64,000 nucleotides of DNA, taken from the NCBI GenBank assembly GCA_965215885.1, contig CBDCEW010000095.1:32001-96000 (forward strand), written 5' to 3'. This stretch comes from Candidatus Moanibacter sp. GTDB taxonomy: Bacteria; Verrucomicrobiota; Verrucomicrobiia; Opitutales; UBA2987. The notes beneath the pieces were generated by a model. That model saw only the letters and a list, made by a program, of their open reading frames with translations, did no database searches and had not been told where the DNA came from. The translations under genes were made by a program, and so were the position numbers. Shown here one piece after another: positions 22,522 through 33,884 of the stretch; position 1 is the first letter of the stretch, and every line of letters begins with the position of its first letter.

Positions 22522-23411
22522 CTTCGAAGGTCTCCACCGATGTGACGGATCTGCGCCTTGAGCGTCTTCAGTGACTGGCCTGAGGGGTCATTGATGAACC
22601 CTGCGAGAAAACCACTCGCCCGGGTTAGTCATGTCGGACAAGGGCAACCTTGAAGTTGGCATTCTGCCCGTGCGTGAGTTTTGCAGGGCGCCAAGGAACC
22701 CGATATGAGCTGGATTAAGCCCTTTAGCTTCTTCCGCTTTCCGATAACCCACCCTACGGAGGTGATGGTTACAGGCCGTTGCCCCACGTTAGTTACATCA
22801 AAGCACACATGTTCCGGCAGGACTGCCGTCACCAGGAACCACCATACGAATGCCAACGAATATTCTGAGACGTACCTTCTCGACATTCTTGGCAAGATAG
22901 AGGGCCGTCATTACGGCCAGGAGTGTTGCCAACCCTGCGACCCACGTCCCGACAACCATCCAGAGCTGGACCTTCTGGTCGAACGTCATCTCATCCGCCC
23001 GTTTGTGTTGATCCTCTTGCCCCCGACCATCCCTCCGTCATCCGACCCGACGCGCCTCGGGGAATAGCTCTTTCCTGGTGCTAGGATCGCCCCTGACGGC
23101 TTCGGCGGGCCGGTTTGGACCGCTCTCTGGTCCTCTCCACTCCCTGAATCGATAGGAGCGCGTAAATTGCCTATTTCCACAGGCTTGTGTGTTTCGGGGG
23201 AGTTTTCCACGAACATTCCGCCAACATTCCCGCTCGATCCTTCGAATATTCCGCCCACATACTCCGTTCATGGGCAATTATACAAGTAATAAAGAACAAG
23301 TAGTAGGAGCGTATGTGTCCCGGGGTCGGCCCCCTAGTCGAAGGGGCTAACACCCCTCCGAGAGAGAACTACCCTCCCCCCTCTGGCGGCTTATCCGTCA
23401 AAGGCCTTTCC

Positions 23412-24380
23412 TTACACCGAGATGCGCTCGACGATATTGCGGGTGACCCGCCTGCGTCTGCGGTCATAGAGCTGGGTCGTTTGGGGATTGGAGTGCCCAG
23501 CCAAGTACTGCACGTCCTCCATGGGCACGTTCTGGCCCAGCAGATCGGTGACCACCATCACCCGGAAACTGTGAGGGGCAATGATCTGGGGCAACCCTGC
23601 CTCCTTGAGCCTCCGCTTGAGCATCCGGCGCACCCCGTGCGCCGTCATGGCTCGATCGAGGAGCCCCAACCCCCACCTGTCCGCCGCTAGAAACAACGGC
23701 GTCGCCTTTAGCGACAAGTCGATTCGGCCCGCTTCCAAGTAGGCGGCGATCCACTCGTCCAAGTCATGCCGCACCGGAATCTCGCGCTGCTTGCCTCCCT
23801 TTTCCCGGAACCGCAAGACCCGCTGCGTCTCCTGCTCTTGCAGGTCCCCACGTCGTAGCCGCGCCAGGGCTCCCACCCGAGCCCCGGTGTAGGTCAGCAC
23901 CCCCAGCACGGCCCGATCCCGCAGCCCCACGACGTGAGAGAGGTCCAGGGAGCCAAGCAAAGCCCGCGCCTGACCGGGGGCCAGCTCGGGCGTCTTGCCG
24001 TCCACGACGGCGTGCTTCCGCCCCCGCACGGAGGAAAACGGGTTCAGAGCCACCACATGGCGCGTCACCAGGGCGTCGAAAAAATGCCGCAGAGCGGCCA
24101 GCGCCAGATTCTTGGTGGGGTCCGATCCGGGCAACTCCTCAATAAAGCGCCCGGCCAGGCCCGGCGTGACCTGACGGAGCTCGATGCCCTGTTCTTCGCA
24201 CCAGAGGAGAAAGCGCCCCACGGGGCGGGCATAGGCGCGGCGGGTGTGGGGGTTGGATATCTTGGCCGAGAAGAACTCATCGGCGGCAAACAGCGCGTTT
24301 CTGCCCGCCCGATGAAGGATGGCGGGGAAGGTTTCGGACAACGCGGCGGTGCGAGGAACAAGTCCGTTCATATATAGCAC
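23412..24380 (-). CDS. Tyrosine recombinase/resolvase (XerD-like)
   Basis: RDRAVL..YTGARV, EKGGKQR, HSFR, LAGHS..TTQLY. Confidence 0.92.
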   Translation of the reverse strand: MLYMNGLVPRTAALSETFPAILHRAGRNALFAADEFFSAKISNPHTRRAYARPVGRFLLWCEEQGIELRQVTPGLAGRFIEELPGSDPTKNLALAALRHFFDALVTRHVVALNPFSSVRGRKHAVVDGKTPELAPGQARALLGSLDLSHVVGLRDRAVLGVLTYTGARVGALARLRRGDLQEQETQRVLRFREKGGKQREIPVRHDLDEWIAAYLEAGRIDLSLKATPLFLAADRWGLGLLDRAMTAHGVRRMLKRRLKEAGLPQIIAPHSFRVMVVTDLLGQNVPMEDVQYLAGHSNPQTTQLYDRRRRRVTRNIVERISV

Positions 24381-24738
24381 GATAACATACTTTATCGTGC
24401 CTTACAAGCCCCACTCCAGCAGTTGGATATGGTCCAGAAAAACCGCCATGATGCTGGTCATCCCCAACAATTTTGAACCACCATTACCCTCAACTATGTC
24501 CGTGGCACTTGAAAGCGTCCCAGGGCAACGAGGGTCAGTCCAATGCTTCGAGAGTGATGGCGATGCGGGGGGGAGGAGGCTTGGGGAGCGCCCACTTCTG
24601 GACGTATAGGGTGCCGATCTTCGGTGGCTGCCCCGCCGTTTCCTCGGCGTAGCGGAACGTTCCTTTGGTCTCTTTCTCCAGCTTGAATTGAGCGGAAAGC
24701 TGCATTTTCCCTCCTTCGATCTTTGATCGATTATTTAC

Positions 24739-25240
24739 GTGCTTACTCAGCCCCTCTCCTCGGCATCCGCATCGCGCTGTCCCAGATTACCCCTGCATTC
24801 CTCCCCGTTTGCGAACGCTCTTGTTGGGAAGAACGAGAGCGGCAAGACAGCCGTTCTCAAGGCGATGTGGAAAAGCCAGAATGTCTCCGACGCAGCCTTT
24901 GTCAAGCTCTACGACTACCCCCGCGACCGCTATTCGGTGGACCGGAAGAGCACTCAGGAAGTGACCATTCTGAAGTTTGAGTTGTTGCCCGAGGAAACGG
25001 AAGACCTTGTTTCACATCTGTCGCAGGCCCCGGCAGCCGAGCCCGGACACATCATCTATACGACCTTTTACGACGGCGAGGACAAGGTTCGCAAAAAGGT
25101 CAGGTTTGACAAGGCTCTCCAATCACGAAGCTCCGGTGCGGTCGCCCGCGCCGCCATAGAAGCTGTCACTAAGGTCATCGACGCCCAGGACGGAGAAGAC
25201 CTTGACCCGGTTCACGCCGCATCCACGAATGTGGAGGGCG
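24739..25240 (+). pseudogene. OLD/AAA_15-like ATPase N-terminal fragment
   Basis: LVGKNESGKTAVLKA Walker A and YDYPR; the rest of the protein is absent. Confidence 0.55.
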
Positions 25241-25479
25241 GCGTGAAAACCGTCAGAATCGGCAGTTTGAAAACCGGTAAAGAATCATTACAAACACAAG
25301 TATCCAGGTTGCAGGTGCTGTCCTCGAAACACTCAGTACCATCCCGATGTTCAATATGAAACGGCGAATGAATGCGCAGCTGAAGAAGATGTCGCATATT
25401 TCGAATGAGTAAGAAAACCAACGGATTTCAAAGCGCCGGTTTTCCCCGAGTTTCGGACCGCTGGTGACAACCCCCACAC

Positions 25480-25591
25480 AGATCAAACTGGCTTGGCCGG
25501 AACTGAATTACTCGACGGGCCGTGGCATCTTGATTCTCTCGCCTTCAACCCCCGTCATCGCCCCAGTGGATCAGCGTCAACTAGCAAGCTA
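25480..25591 (+). pseudogene. Second RepA C-terminal remnant
   Basis: IKLAWPELNYSTGRGILILSPSTPVI, paralogous to the end of the 22030-22521 remnant. Confidence 0.6.
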
Positions 25592-25899
25592 GAACCGCAA
25601 AGCTCGCCCCTGACGGCCCCGCGAGTCGCGGGCGTCCTTCCTAAACGGTCTCCGCACCGCTGAAAGTCGTTCCTGGGGCTTCTTACGGTGTCCTGGTCGC
25701 CCGCCGCCGCGAGGTTTATCCACAGGTGCCAGTGATGCGGGGGAGTTTTCCACGCCTATTCGGGTCACCCCCCCCCGACGATTCTGCACCTATTCGGGTC
25801 GATTGCAGCGGCCCAAAACACTGGGGATTGGCCCCCAGTACTGTCCCCGATCTGAGCAGAGTTTTCTGGCGTTTTGGCCTCGCTCTCCTCGAGATAAGA

Positions 25900-27123
25900 C
25901 TAACTGCCTCGCGTCACCGTCACCCTGTATGTCCCCGTCGTCTTCCCATCCTCCGCTGTCACTTGGATCAATATTGTATTCTCACCCAGCTCAAGGCCGG
26001 CGAAGGTAACGACCTTGCGCAGGGCAGTCTCACGAGAGCGCCCCATCGTCCAATCCATTGCACGCATCGCCAGGGGCGAACCATGCGCGGTCATGCCACT
26101 CGCATTGAGCGCCGATGCCGTCAGGCCCGTGATCGCCATCTTGACCGCCGTCACGTCCGATGGCACAGTAGCTCCATAGGATCTGGTATCGGGGCCAAAC
26201 GCTGGACGCAGGATCCCGCCCCCCGTGCTTACGAGCAGACCGAACCCGAACAATCCCGCCTCTCCCTCCAACACCGTCAGGTCGGCAAGCGTGGTGTCGT
26301 TGCTCGGCCCTAGTCGAAGTACCTCTACGGTGTAGCTTTCCGTCGTTGAGCCATCCTCGGATGTAGCTAGGATCCCAATCGTGTTCCGCCCCACAGTCAA
26401 GCCTGAGAGTGTCATTCCATTCACCGCTAGCTTGCTGCCGTCAGACGCGGTTCCACCCAATTGCAGAACCGTCCCTGCTTCTTTCCTACGGGCGGTCACA
26501 TCGAGACCTGTGGCTCTGTAGACTACGCTTGCCTCATAGGATTTCGTGTCGCTTGCAAAGGCAGGGGTTAGGGCACCATCAGATAGCTCCAGCGCAGTCA
26601 ACGTTGGATCGGTTCCGAATGTCGCGGCCCTTCTGACGGTTACGTCGTAGCTCTCTGAATGCTCTGGGCTTTCAGGTGCGCTCACTAGAATCCGAATCGT
26701 GCTTTCCTCCGACCCAAGGCCATTAAATGAAAGGATTCTTGAGCGCGTTGAGCCCTCCTTGATCGACCAAGTCTTGCGCTTGCGGTTCTTGCCACCCGGC
26801 GCGTTGTACCGCTCAACAATGACCTTGGCCGGGGAATCCATGCTGAAGACCAGCGTAATGCCCGTAGCTGTTCGTGGGGCGTCGATCACGTAGGCCGAAG
26901 TCCCTTCAGCGTGAGTCGCCTGAAGCCGCGGTAGTGTCAACGGAAGACTCCGGGGCTTATTTGGGAGAAACCCGAGATGGGCCTCGAAGGGGTTCAGAGT
27001 GAATTCGGCGACCGCACCAGGATGCGCCTTCTGCCCGAATGCGATACCGGACACCAACAGGCCGCCGATCACTAGTCCGTGGGCGAACACTTTCCACATA
27101 ACGGCTATTATGGGGAATACCAT
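25900..27123 (-). CDS. Secreted cadherin-like beta-sandwich domain protein
   Basis: Signal peptide; repeats LTPAFASDTKSY and LRPAFGPDTRSY...VTAEDGKTTGTYRVTVTR. Confidence 0.8.
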   Translation of the reverse strand: MVFPIIAVMWKVFAHGLVIGGLLVSGIAFGQKAHPGAVAEFTLNPFEAHLGFLPNKPRSLPLTLPRLQATHAEGTSAYVIDAPRTATGITLVFSMDSPAKVIVERYNAPGGKNRKRKTWSIKEGSTRSRILSFNGLGSEESTIRILVSAPESPEHSESYDVTVRRAATFGTDPTLTALELSDGALTPAFASDTKSYEASVVYRATGLDVTARRKEAGTVLQLGGTASDGSKLAVNGMTLSGLTVGRNTIGILATSEDGSTTESYTVEVLRLGPSNDTTLADLTVLEGEAGLFGFGLLVSTGGGILRPAFGPDTRSYGATVPSDVTAVKMAITGLTASALNASGMTAHGSPLAMRAMDWTMGRSRETALRKVVTFAGLELGENTILIQVTAEDGKTTGTYRVTVTRGS

Positions 27124-27152
27124 ACTTAATTCAAGGGAATAACATACTTAAT

Positions 27153-27330
27153 TCAACAAAGCCGTTCCTTTTTCGCATAGATGCGGCAGATGTCATCGGG
27201 AGAAATCCGGAATTTGGTCCCGTGGTTTCTTAGTCCCTTGCTTCCCGGCTTGGCCTCTCTGGCGTCAAAATCAATTTTCACCGTTCCGGCTACGACTTCC
27301 CAAATAAAGAAACTCAATTGCAGATTCTCG
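27153..27330 (-). pseudogene. MvaI/BcnI-like restriction endonuclease C-terminal fragment
   Basis: KIDFDAR..RNHGTKFRI resembles the family C-terminus; next to an IS1595-type end at ~27136. Confidence 0.45.
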
Positions 27331-27339
27331 AAACAGTCC

Positions 27340-27875
27340 GCTCGCTCATAGACGATCTCTTGTCCGGCCATCCCCGCCATGTTCCACCGGACCTCGAACT
27401 CATCCAGATATCGCTGCAGATGCTTCCAAGTGAAGTGGTGAAAGACCCCGTAATAGCCGCGTTTGAGCAAGGCCCAAAACGACTCGATTCCATTGGTGTG
27501 AACCTTTCCCCGCACATATTCACCGATTGAATGCTTCACGTGGTCATGTTCATATTGCGATTTGAGGCCGGCATATGCCGCGTTTTTGTCTGTGTAGACC
27601 GAAGATCAGGGGATTACATGTTGAGTGATAAAACCGCACAATTCAGTGCGATCTGTTCTTGCTACGCCTTGGACCTTAACCCGCCCATCCCGCGATCTCG
27701 CACCCACTACAGCTTGCTTACCGACCGGGCCCCGTCCCAAATTTAGCTTCTTATCGAAGTGCTTGTTGCTCTCTTTCCCACCAAGATATGCTTCATCAAC
27801 TTCGACTTCCTGATCGAATGGCAATTCATGGGAGTTGATCCCTCCGGCTACTTCGCGGATTCGTCCTAGCATGAC
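27340..27875 (-). mobile_element. IS1595-family transposase pseudogene
   Basis: VEVDEAYLGGKESNKH, VHTNGIESFWALLKRG and KHLQRYLDEF spread across shifted frames. Confidence 0.85.
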
Positions 27876-27965
27876 CTTATCCGAAAAGCTACTGATTTGC
27901 CGCAAAGAGGCGCAAAAGGCGCGAGAAAAACTTGAGAAAAATCAGTTTTTTGGCTTGATAAAAAG

Positions 27966-28309
27966 GGTTCCTCGACGTTTTCAGTGGTACTGGCACAATA
28001 TCCTTTACTGAGAAGACGCAACCTGAGTACCTATTTCGAACGTTATTACCGCAATGTGTAAGCATCATGGCGAGGCTTCCTTAAACCCATGGGCCAACAT
28101 AATCGAAAATCACCAAGAGGAAACCCTCGCCCACTGGGAATCGCACTTCACCAATACCTGCATTGAAGAACTCAACAGTGTCTTTAGCGCAACCAAACGC
28201 AAAGCCAGAGGCCATCACACCACTAAAGAAGCTAATCACCATGCTCCACTTCGCCGTCGGTAAACTCAACATCCCCTCCGCAATGTACCACTGAAAACGT
28301 CGAGGAACC
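27966..28309 (+). mobile_element. 344-bp ISL3-derived MITE
   Basis: Perfect 25-bp TIR GGTTCCTCGACGTTTTCAGTGGTAC; internal ISL3 C-terminal peptide TN..IEELNS..KRKARG. Confidence 0.85.
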
Positions 28310-28439
28310 ACAATGAGCTTCATAACTCATTGATTATGAATGACTATTGACTGTTCTTACTGACTCCCCATTTTAACCATATTTAACCAGTAAATGTTTC
28401 ACCATTGTTAATGGTGTAAACATTATCTTAAGAAAGCGG

Positions 28440-29040
28440 ATGAACTTGGGAGAACCAAGCCTGCTCAAACCAGCTATTGCGTCATTACTCGCGGCAGCGG
28501 TACTCTTCGCTACGCCCGCCGCCGCCGAGACCTATCGCGGCCTCACCATCGCACCGGAACACCGCTGCTCCCCCTACAGCCCCGATGACTATCCCTATCC
28601 ACAGTCCGTGAAAGCCCGGATCGTGGCCGAACGCAGCGGGGCGATCTACGGCCCGTACACCGGCACCTACTTCCGCAGCACCCGCGACACGGACATCGAG
28701 CACATCGTCGCCCGCTCCGAAGCCCACGACAGAGCGGCCTGTGCGCAGCAAGCGCCGGCGTCAAAGCCGCCTTTGCCCGCGACCTCCTGAACCTGACGCT
28801 GGCGCATCCCCGTCTCAACCGCTACCAGAAGATCGGCAGACGTAGCCAAGGACGTAGCCGAGTAGACCCCCGCAGTGAACACTTGCTGGTTTGCTGCACG
28901 AACTCTAGCTGTCCGCCGTAAGTACCGCCTGACCATAGACCGGGCAGAAGCCGCCGCGGTCGAGAGGATTCTGACCGGCTGCCCTTCCACCAACATGGTC
29001 CGGCATTCCCCGCGCCCCTTGTCAGCGCCGCCCGTGTCCC
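28440..29040 (+). pseudogene. Secreted HNH/DUF1524-like nuclease, frameshifted
   Basis: Signal peptide; YGPYTG..TDIEHIVARSEAHD; continues in other frames (DLLNLTLA..LNR, CWFAAR). Confidence 0.6.
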
Positions 29041-29265
29041 CCGTCGATTCTCTCTTTTCGATTTTCGACTACGATTATGGAATGATTAATATCCACTTGA
29101 ATGTCGTAATCGTAGTCGATCGTCGATTTGTCGTTACCCCGAAAATCGACTCGGTGGTTATCCATGGCAGGCATTCTTTTGCTGCTTTTTACCTCGGTGG
29201 GTACGGACTCTGAGAGAATTTTAGACCTGAAGGCGCCGAAAGAAAGGTGGAGATTATTGAGGGGG

Positions 29266-32200
29266 CTAATCCTCAGGCACTATGGAAATAACATTCTGGC
29301 CATCCGTCTCGAAAAAGCTGTCGGTATCCTCAAACAAAGTGTCGAGGACAGGCTGAAGTCTCCCATCCCCAATATCCGGCCTTAACGGGCTGTCACTGAT
29401 TGAACGCTGACCATCGGTGGCGGCAAACGGGAAGGGGTAGATTTCGTCGTTAGTGTCGATCTGGAAGGCTTCGATCGCCTCGCTGAGATCGCCACCATTG
29501 ATCTGAATTTCTGGCACCAACGAATCGGGGCTGATGCGGATAACAGGTAGAGTCGTACCCGATGGCGTTATGTCACCGATGAAGAGGAACAACTCGACTA
29601 TCACATCCGGTGCATCGATGCCGATAATTCCTTCGGACGCGATGAAATTAGCGTTTGCTGCATTTATTCCTCCGATTTTGGTCGTTTCTCCCTCCTCAGA
29701 GTCTACCCTTATCAACCGGATATCTGCAATACCGTTGACGTCGCCACTGAAGGTCTGGGAGTTGATTAGGGCTACGTCTACCCGGCTAATATCATTGCCA
29801 AGGGTAAAGGTAGAGAAGAAGGTAAGCGATGTCGCGTTCTCAATGGTGAAGGTGGGCAACCCTCGAGCGTATGTGGTAGCGGGCTGATTATAGGGCGAGG
29901 GCACGGCAGCAAGGTAATTTTCGAGGCTGATGGTCAGCGTGGTGGAGGGATCGGCACTTCCGAACTCGGCAAACATGAGGTCGCCCGCTGGGTCGAGGAA
30001 GGAAATCCGCGTGATGGTCCCCGGGTCAGATGAGAAAGTAGAGACTCGGCTGTTAATTTCGAAACCATTATAGACATTACCCTGAAATTCAGTCCCATCA
30101 TTAACAAAATCTGCACTACCGGCAATGAGTAGTGGGCTCGGGCCCATCGCATCGGGTATTATGATCGAAACCGTACCGCTATCGTTGCTTCCGTTCGAGT
30201 CGCTGACCCTTAGCCAATAATCGGTTGTCTGATTTAAAGGTGGTGTGGTAAAGGAAGCGCTTGTTGCACCATTGATCGCATTTGAAGTATCTCCGGTCAA
30301 CCCTTCATACCATTGATAGGCCAAAGGTACCGTACCGGTAGCACTAAAACTTATCGTAACTGATTGTCCGGGAGAGATTGTTTGTGTTTCAGCCGACGAC
30401 ACTATAAGCGGACCTTCGGCATTAGAAGCTTGGTCTTGTATTACAGCCGTTGCACTATACGGCTCGCCCAGTATGTAGTGGACTGCTGAGGTTAAAGATA
30501 GCTTTACCGTCTCATCGAACTCCGCAACGAAGTCATTCTTCGCTTTTATAATAACGTTAACGTTATCAAAGCCTTTGGGGATAACACCGGTTAATGGAAC
30601 GGTCTCGTAGTCGACTCCGTTATTCGCAGTTCCGGTCAGGACAAAGGAGAAAGGTAAATCTTCACCAAATGCTCCGGTTTTATTTACCCCGAAGACAGCG
30701 AATTCGTTGGTTCCTTCGATAGCAATGTCATCGATAACTTCGGTATTTAACACCGGAAGGGTTGAAGTGTTTTCTCTCCGATATATCACACCGAGTGGTG
30801 CACCACTCAGCCAATTACTAGCAGCTCCCGCGGCAGTAATTCCATCGTCTTGCAATGGGAGCAACTTGATAATCGGAATTTCGTTCGATGATTCCTGGTC
30901 TACAAAAGTATCCGTATACACTAACGCAGTATCGTCTCCATTATAGCTGGGAATGCCGGGATATATTCCCGGCAACTCTACAAGGTCATTTATACGCCCC
31001 GTGAAAAGGTCCAATGCTAGAACAGTCGATATTCCAGTAGAGACGTCCAATAACTCGAAGGTTAACAAATTATTGTGACGTTGACCGATCGCTGGCCAGA
31101 AGGTTTCAAATTCTGTTTCTGGCGGGGTAATTGCAAAAATATCACCACTACTCCGGTCCAGCACGTAGATACTCCATGAATCAATAAAACTCTCGTCATC
31201 AAAATTGATTCGGTTAAGAGCATCGAAAAAAAGAAACCGTCCATCCAGCGAAAAGTCCATCGCATCAGCAAAGAGGATCGTATCAGTTGTATCGCCGTCC
31301 AGAACAGGAGCACGCAATTCGAATATTTCAATGCTTTCCTCCACATTTCCCGTTTCCACTAAAGTTTCAATTTCACCGATAGCAATTAAGTTTATAGGCT
31401 CGCCCGAATCGTCAAGGGATACGAAACTGAAAAATCTGCCATCCCCCGAAATGGCTACACTCGACACCTGACCAGCAAATCCTAGACATGCCGCCCTGAC
31501 GGGAAATGTGTTAAAGATGCAACCATCATTGTCTTCCGAGACAAATACGCCAACTAGACCATTATCCATTAGGGAAGGTCGGTTCGAGGGTGCAATAGGT
31601 ATCTCACTAAGAAAAACACCTTCTTCTGGATCTCCTAGCGAGATCTCTCTCCTAGCGAGAAAAGTAGCGCTCCTCTCCGAGTCAAACAAAGTGAATAGTG
31701 TCGCATCCTCGCCTGAAAATGACGGAATAGGAACGGGAAGAGGTGAACCTGCTTGATCGAATATTTCGACGGCACTGAATGCTTCTGCCGTTCTTAAGGC
31801 TTGTGTTGATCCGGCTCCATATAGCTCTTCCGCCGATTGCACGCAGGCCAGGCGACAGTCGATAAATTGCGATCGAATTGTTAATTTTGTAGTAAGAGCT
31901 CGATAGAAAATCTCCTCTGCCTGGTTGATCCCAATGGCCCCGTTCAATCCTTCCGCCAGTAGGTAAAAGGCGTGTGTGATGATCGTGCTGTTGAGATGCA
32001 CGCCGCCATTATCGCGGTTTCGGAAATTGTCTAGAAAAGGGTCTCTCTCGGGGATAAATTCACTCATTATCGTCGGGTAGGGCCTTCCATCCCCTAATTT
32101 TATATCCGACGGGGTTTCGAGGTCGCGTAGAGGTCGATCCAATTCCGTGCCCACGAGCCAGTCTGGCCCACTTCCATTTTCAAATGCCTCTATTGTCTCA

Positions 32201-33744
32201 CCAAAAATATCGGCAAATGCCTCATTGAGTGCCCCACTCTGGTTAAGATAGATTAGGCCTGCGGAATGGGTGATGACTCCGTGGGTTGATTCGTGCGCGA
32301 CAATGTCCAGTGACTGAGCATAATCATGTCTATTTCCAAATAGCATTAAAGAACCGTTCCAGGATGCGTTGTCGTTAGAGAAATTCACCACAGCGAGGAT
32401 TGAACCGCCACTTCCGTCGATTGAATTACGGCCGTGCCGATCGAAGTAATAATCGTAGACGGTGGACAAATTGGTTGCTGCACTAACGGCGTGTGAGTTG
32501 AATTCAGAGTTTTGGTTCGCCGAGGTTACGGCAGTGGCAACCCACTTCGTTTTTGGATCCTGATCGTCTGCGTCGAAAAGAAGAATCCCCCCGACTACCG
32601 TGCCATGATCCGGAGGGTCTGAGAGAATCGGATCAAACATTGGCTTTGAAGTATCTACCATGTGATAGAGGTCATCTTCGAACCAGAGATGGAAGGCCTG
32701 ATTTTCGCCGTTTAAATCGATTCCGCTTCCAACAACTGCATTCGTGCAGACTGCGTTATAAAAGGCTAAGATCCTGCCGTCTTCCGCCGAAACGATGCTA
32801 ATCCAGTGCTGCACCGGAGACGTGTGTATTTCGATCTTATAAGCAAGGTGTGGAGGCATGTTAACGGGGGCAAAGATAATAAGTGAGGCATCGACTACCT
32901 GTTGTCTCAGACCCGCTTCAATAAGAGCTGAAGCAACTGAAATGGCTGTTCTGTTATCGATGTCAGGCTCTACATTGATACCGATGGGAGTGGGAGAATA
33001 ACCCCCTGTCAAAAGATTAACCCGTCCGTAACGATCAATCTGAACGTTTAATTGAGCGGGCCATAGAGGTAGTTCGGAATACGACTGTTCATACCTTAAT
33101 TGTGTGTAGCCCAGGTTGTCCCGCACCTTTCTTACGAGCCGTAATTCGTTATCGGGATTCTCTAAGAGCAGAAGGTCACCTGCCCGCCGAAGGAATATTC
33201 GGCTGGTAACCTCGTCAGCTGGAAGACCTGACCCGTTGGCAGCGACTGGTTCTTGCAGATTTCTGCCTTTCAGATACATTATTGAATTATCCTCTTTGCG
33301 CGCGCGCACGACCAGTTGCTGACCTTTATGCCATCGTAGTTGACGAAGAGCCGAGCGCTGTCTCTCGTTCAGCCGGACTGACCGATACAAACCTTCATTC
33401 AGATTTGACGCCCCATGAGCATCTATAGCTCTTAGCTTTCTCGGTGAACTATTGGAAGGCGGTCTATTTATCAAATCTCTGATCTTTCCAACCAACAGTT
33501 TTGCTCTAAGCTCAAATTCGGTATCTAGAGAACCCTTGTGAGCCGAATAAATTGGTTTTAATGAGGACAAGGGTTTGACGCTAAAGGGAATGCTTTTATT
33601 CGGTAACTGTCGGTGTATATCTTCTGATTGAGATACGGTTCGACTCAAAGGCGGTGATTTCGTCAATCCCGAGTGAATCAGCACGATTGCAAGGATTCCG
33701 CCCAATGCGCAGAACAGAAGGACTACGAGGCGTGTCGGTTTCAT
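29266..33744 (-). CDS. Thermolysin-family (M4) metallopeptidase with Calx-beta/Ig domains and shared C-terminal domain
   Basis: FTP-type propeptide, NASW, AHESTHG (HEXXH), GALNEAFAD, DNGGVHLNS. Confidence 0.92.
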   Translation of the reverse strand: MKPTRLVVLLFCALGGILAIVLIHSGLTKSPPLSRTVSQSEDIHRQLPNKSIPFSVKPLSSLKPIYSAHKGSLDTEFELRAKLLVGKIRDLINRPPSNSSPRKLRAIDAHGASNLNEGLYRSVRLNERQRSALRQLRWHKGQQLVVRARKEDNSIMYLKGRNLQEPVAANGSGLPADEVTSRIFLRRAGDLLLLENPDNELRLVRKVRDNLGYTQLRYEQSYSELPLWPAQLNVQIDRYGRVNLLTGGYSPTPIGINVEPDIDNRTAISVASALIEAGLRQQVVDASLIIFAPVNMPPHLAYKIEIHTSPVQHWISIVSAEDGRILAFYNAVCTNAVVGSGIDLNGENQAFHLWFEDDLYHMVDTSKPMFDPILSDPPDHGTVVGGILLFDADDQDPKTKWVATAVTSANQNSEFNSHAVSAATNLSTVYDYYFDRHGRNSIDGSGGSILAVVNFSNDNASWNGSLMLFGNRHDYAQSLDIVAHESTHGVITHSAGLIYLNQSGALNEAFADIFGETIEAFENGSGPDWLVGTELDRPLRDLETPSDIKLGDGRPYPTIMSEFIPERDPFLDNFRNRDNGGVHLNSTIITHAFYLLAEGLNGAIGINQAEEIFYRALTTKLTIRSQFIDCRLACVQSAEELYGAGSTQALRTAEAFSAVEIFDQAGSPLPVPIPSFSGEDATLFTLFDSERSATFLARREISLGDPEEGVFLSEIPIAPSNRPSLMDNGLVGVFVSEDNDGCIFNTFPVRAACLGFAGQVSSVAISGDGRFFSFVSLDDSGEPINLIAIGEIETLVETGNVEESIEIFELRAPVLDGDTTDTILFADAMDFSLDGRFLFFDALNRINFDDESFIDSWSIYVLDRSSGDIFAITPPETEFETFWPAIGQRHNNLLTFELLDVSTGISTVLALDLFTGRINDLVELPGIYPGIPSYNGDDTALVYTDTFVDQESSNEIPIIKLLPLQDDGITAAGAASNWLSGAPLGVIYRRENTSTLPVLNTEVIDDIAIEGTNEFAVFGVNKTGAFGEDLPFSFVLTGTANNGVDYETVPLTGVIPKGFDNVNVIIKAKNDFVAEFDETVKLSLTSAVHYILGEPYSATAVIQDQASNAEGPLIVSSAETQTISPGQSVTISFSATGTVPLAYQWYEGLTGDTSNAINGATSASFTTPPLNQTTDYWLRVSDSNGSNDSGTVSIIIPDAMGPSPLLIAGSADFVNDGTEFQGNVYNGFEINSRVSTFSSDPGTITRISFLDPAGDLMFAEFGSADPSTTLTISLENYLAAVPSPYNQPATTYARGLPTFTIENATSLTFFSTFTLGNDISRVDVALINSQTFSGDVNGIADIRLIRVDSEEGETTKIGGINAANANFIASEGIIGIDAPDVIVELFLFIGDITPSGTTLPVIRISPDSLVPEIQINGGDLSEAIEAFQIDTNDEIYPFPFAATDGQRSISDSPLRPDIGDGRLQPVLDTLFEDTDSFFETDGQNVISIVPED

Positions 33745-33884
33745 TCTCTCGGTTGCAACTTAAAGAGCCCAGGCCAGACAATTGCACGGGCGTTTTTAGT
33801 AAAGATCGATTCCACTAATTTTATCCTCTTAGCCTGAAACCCAAAAAAGGTGGACTTTTGTAAGAACCTGTTATTAAACAGGTT

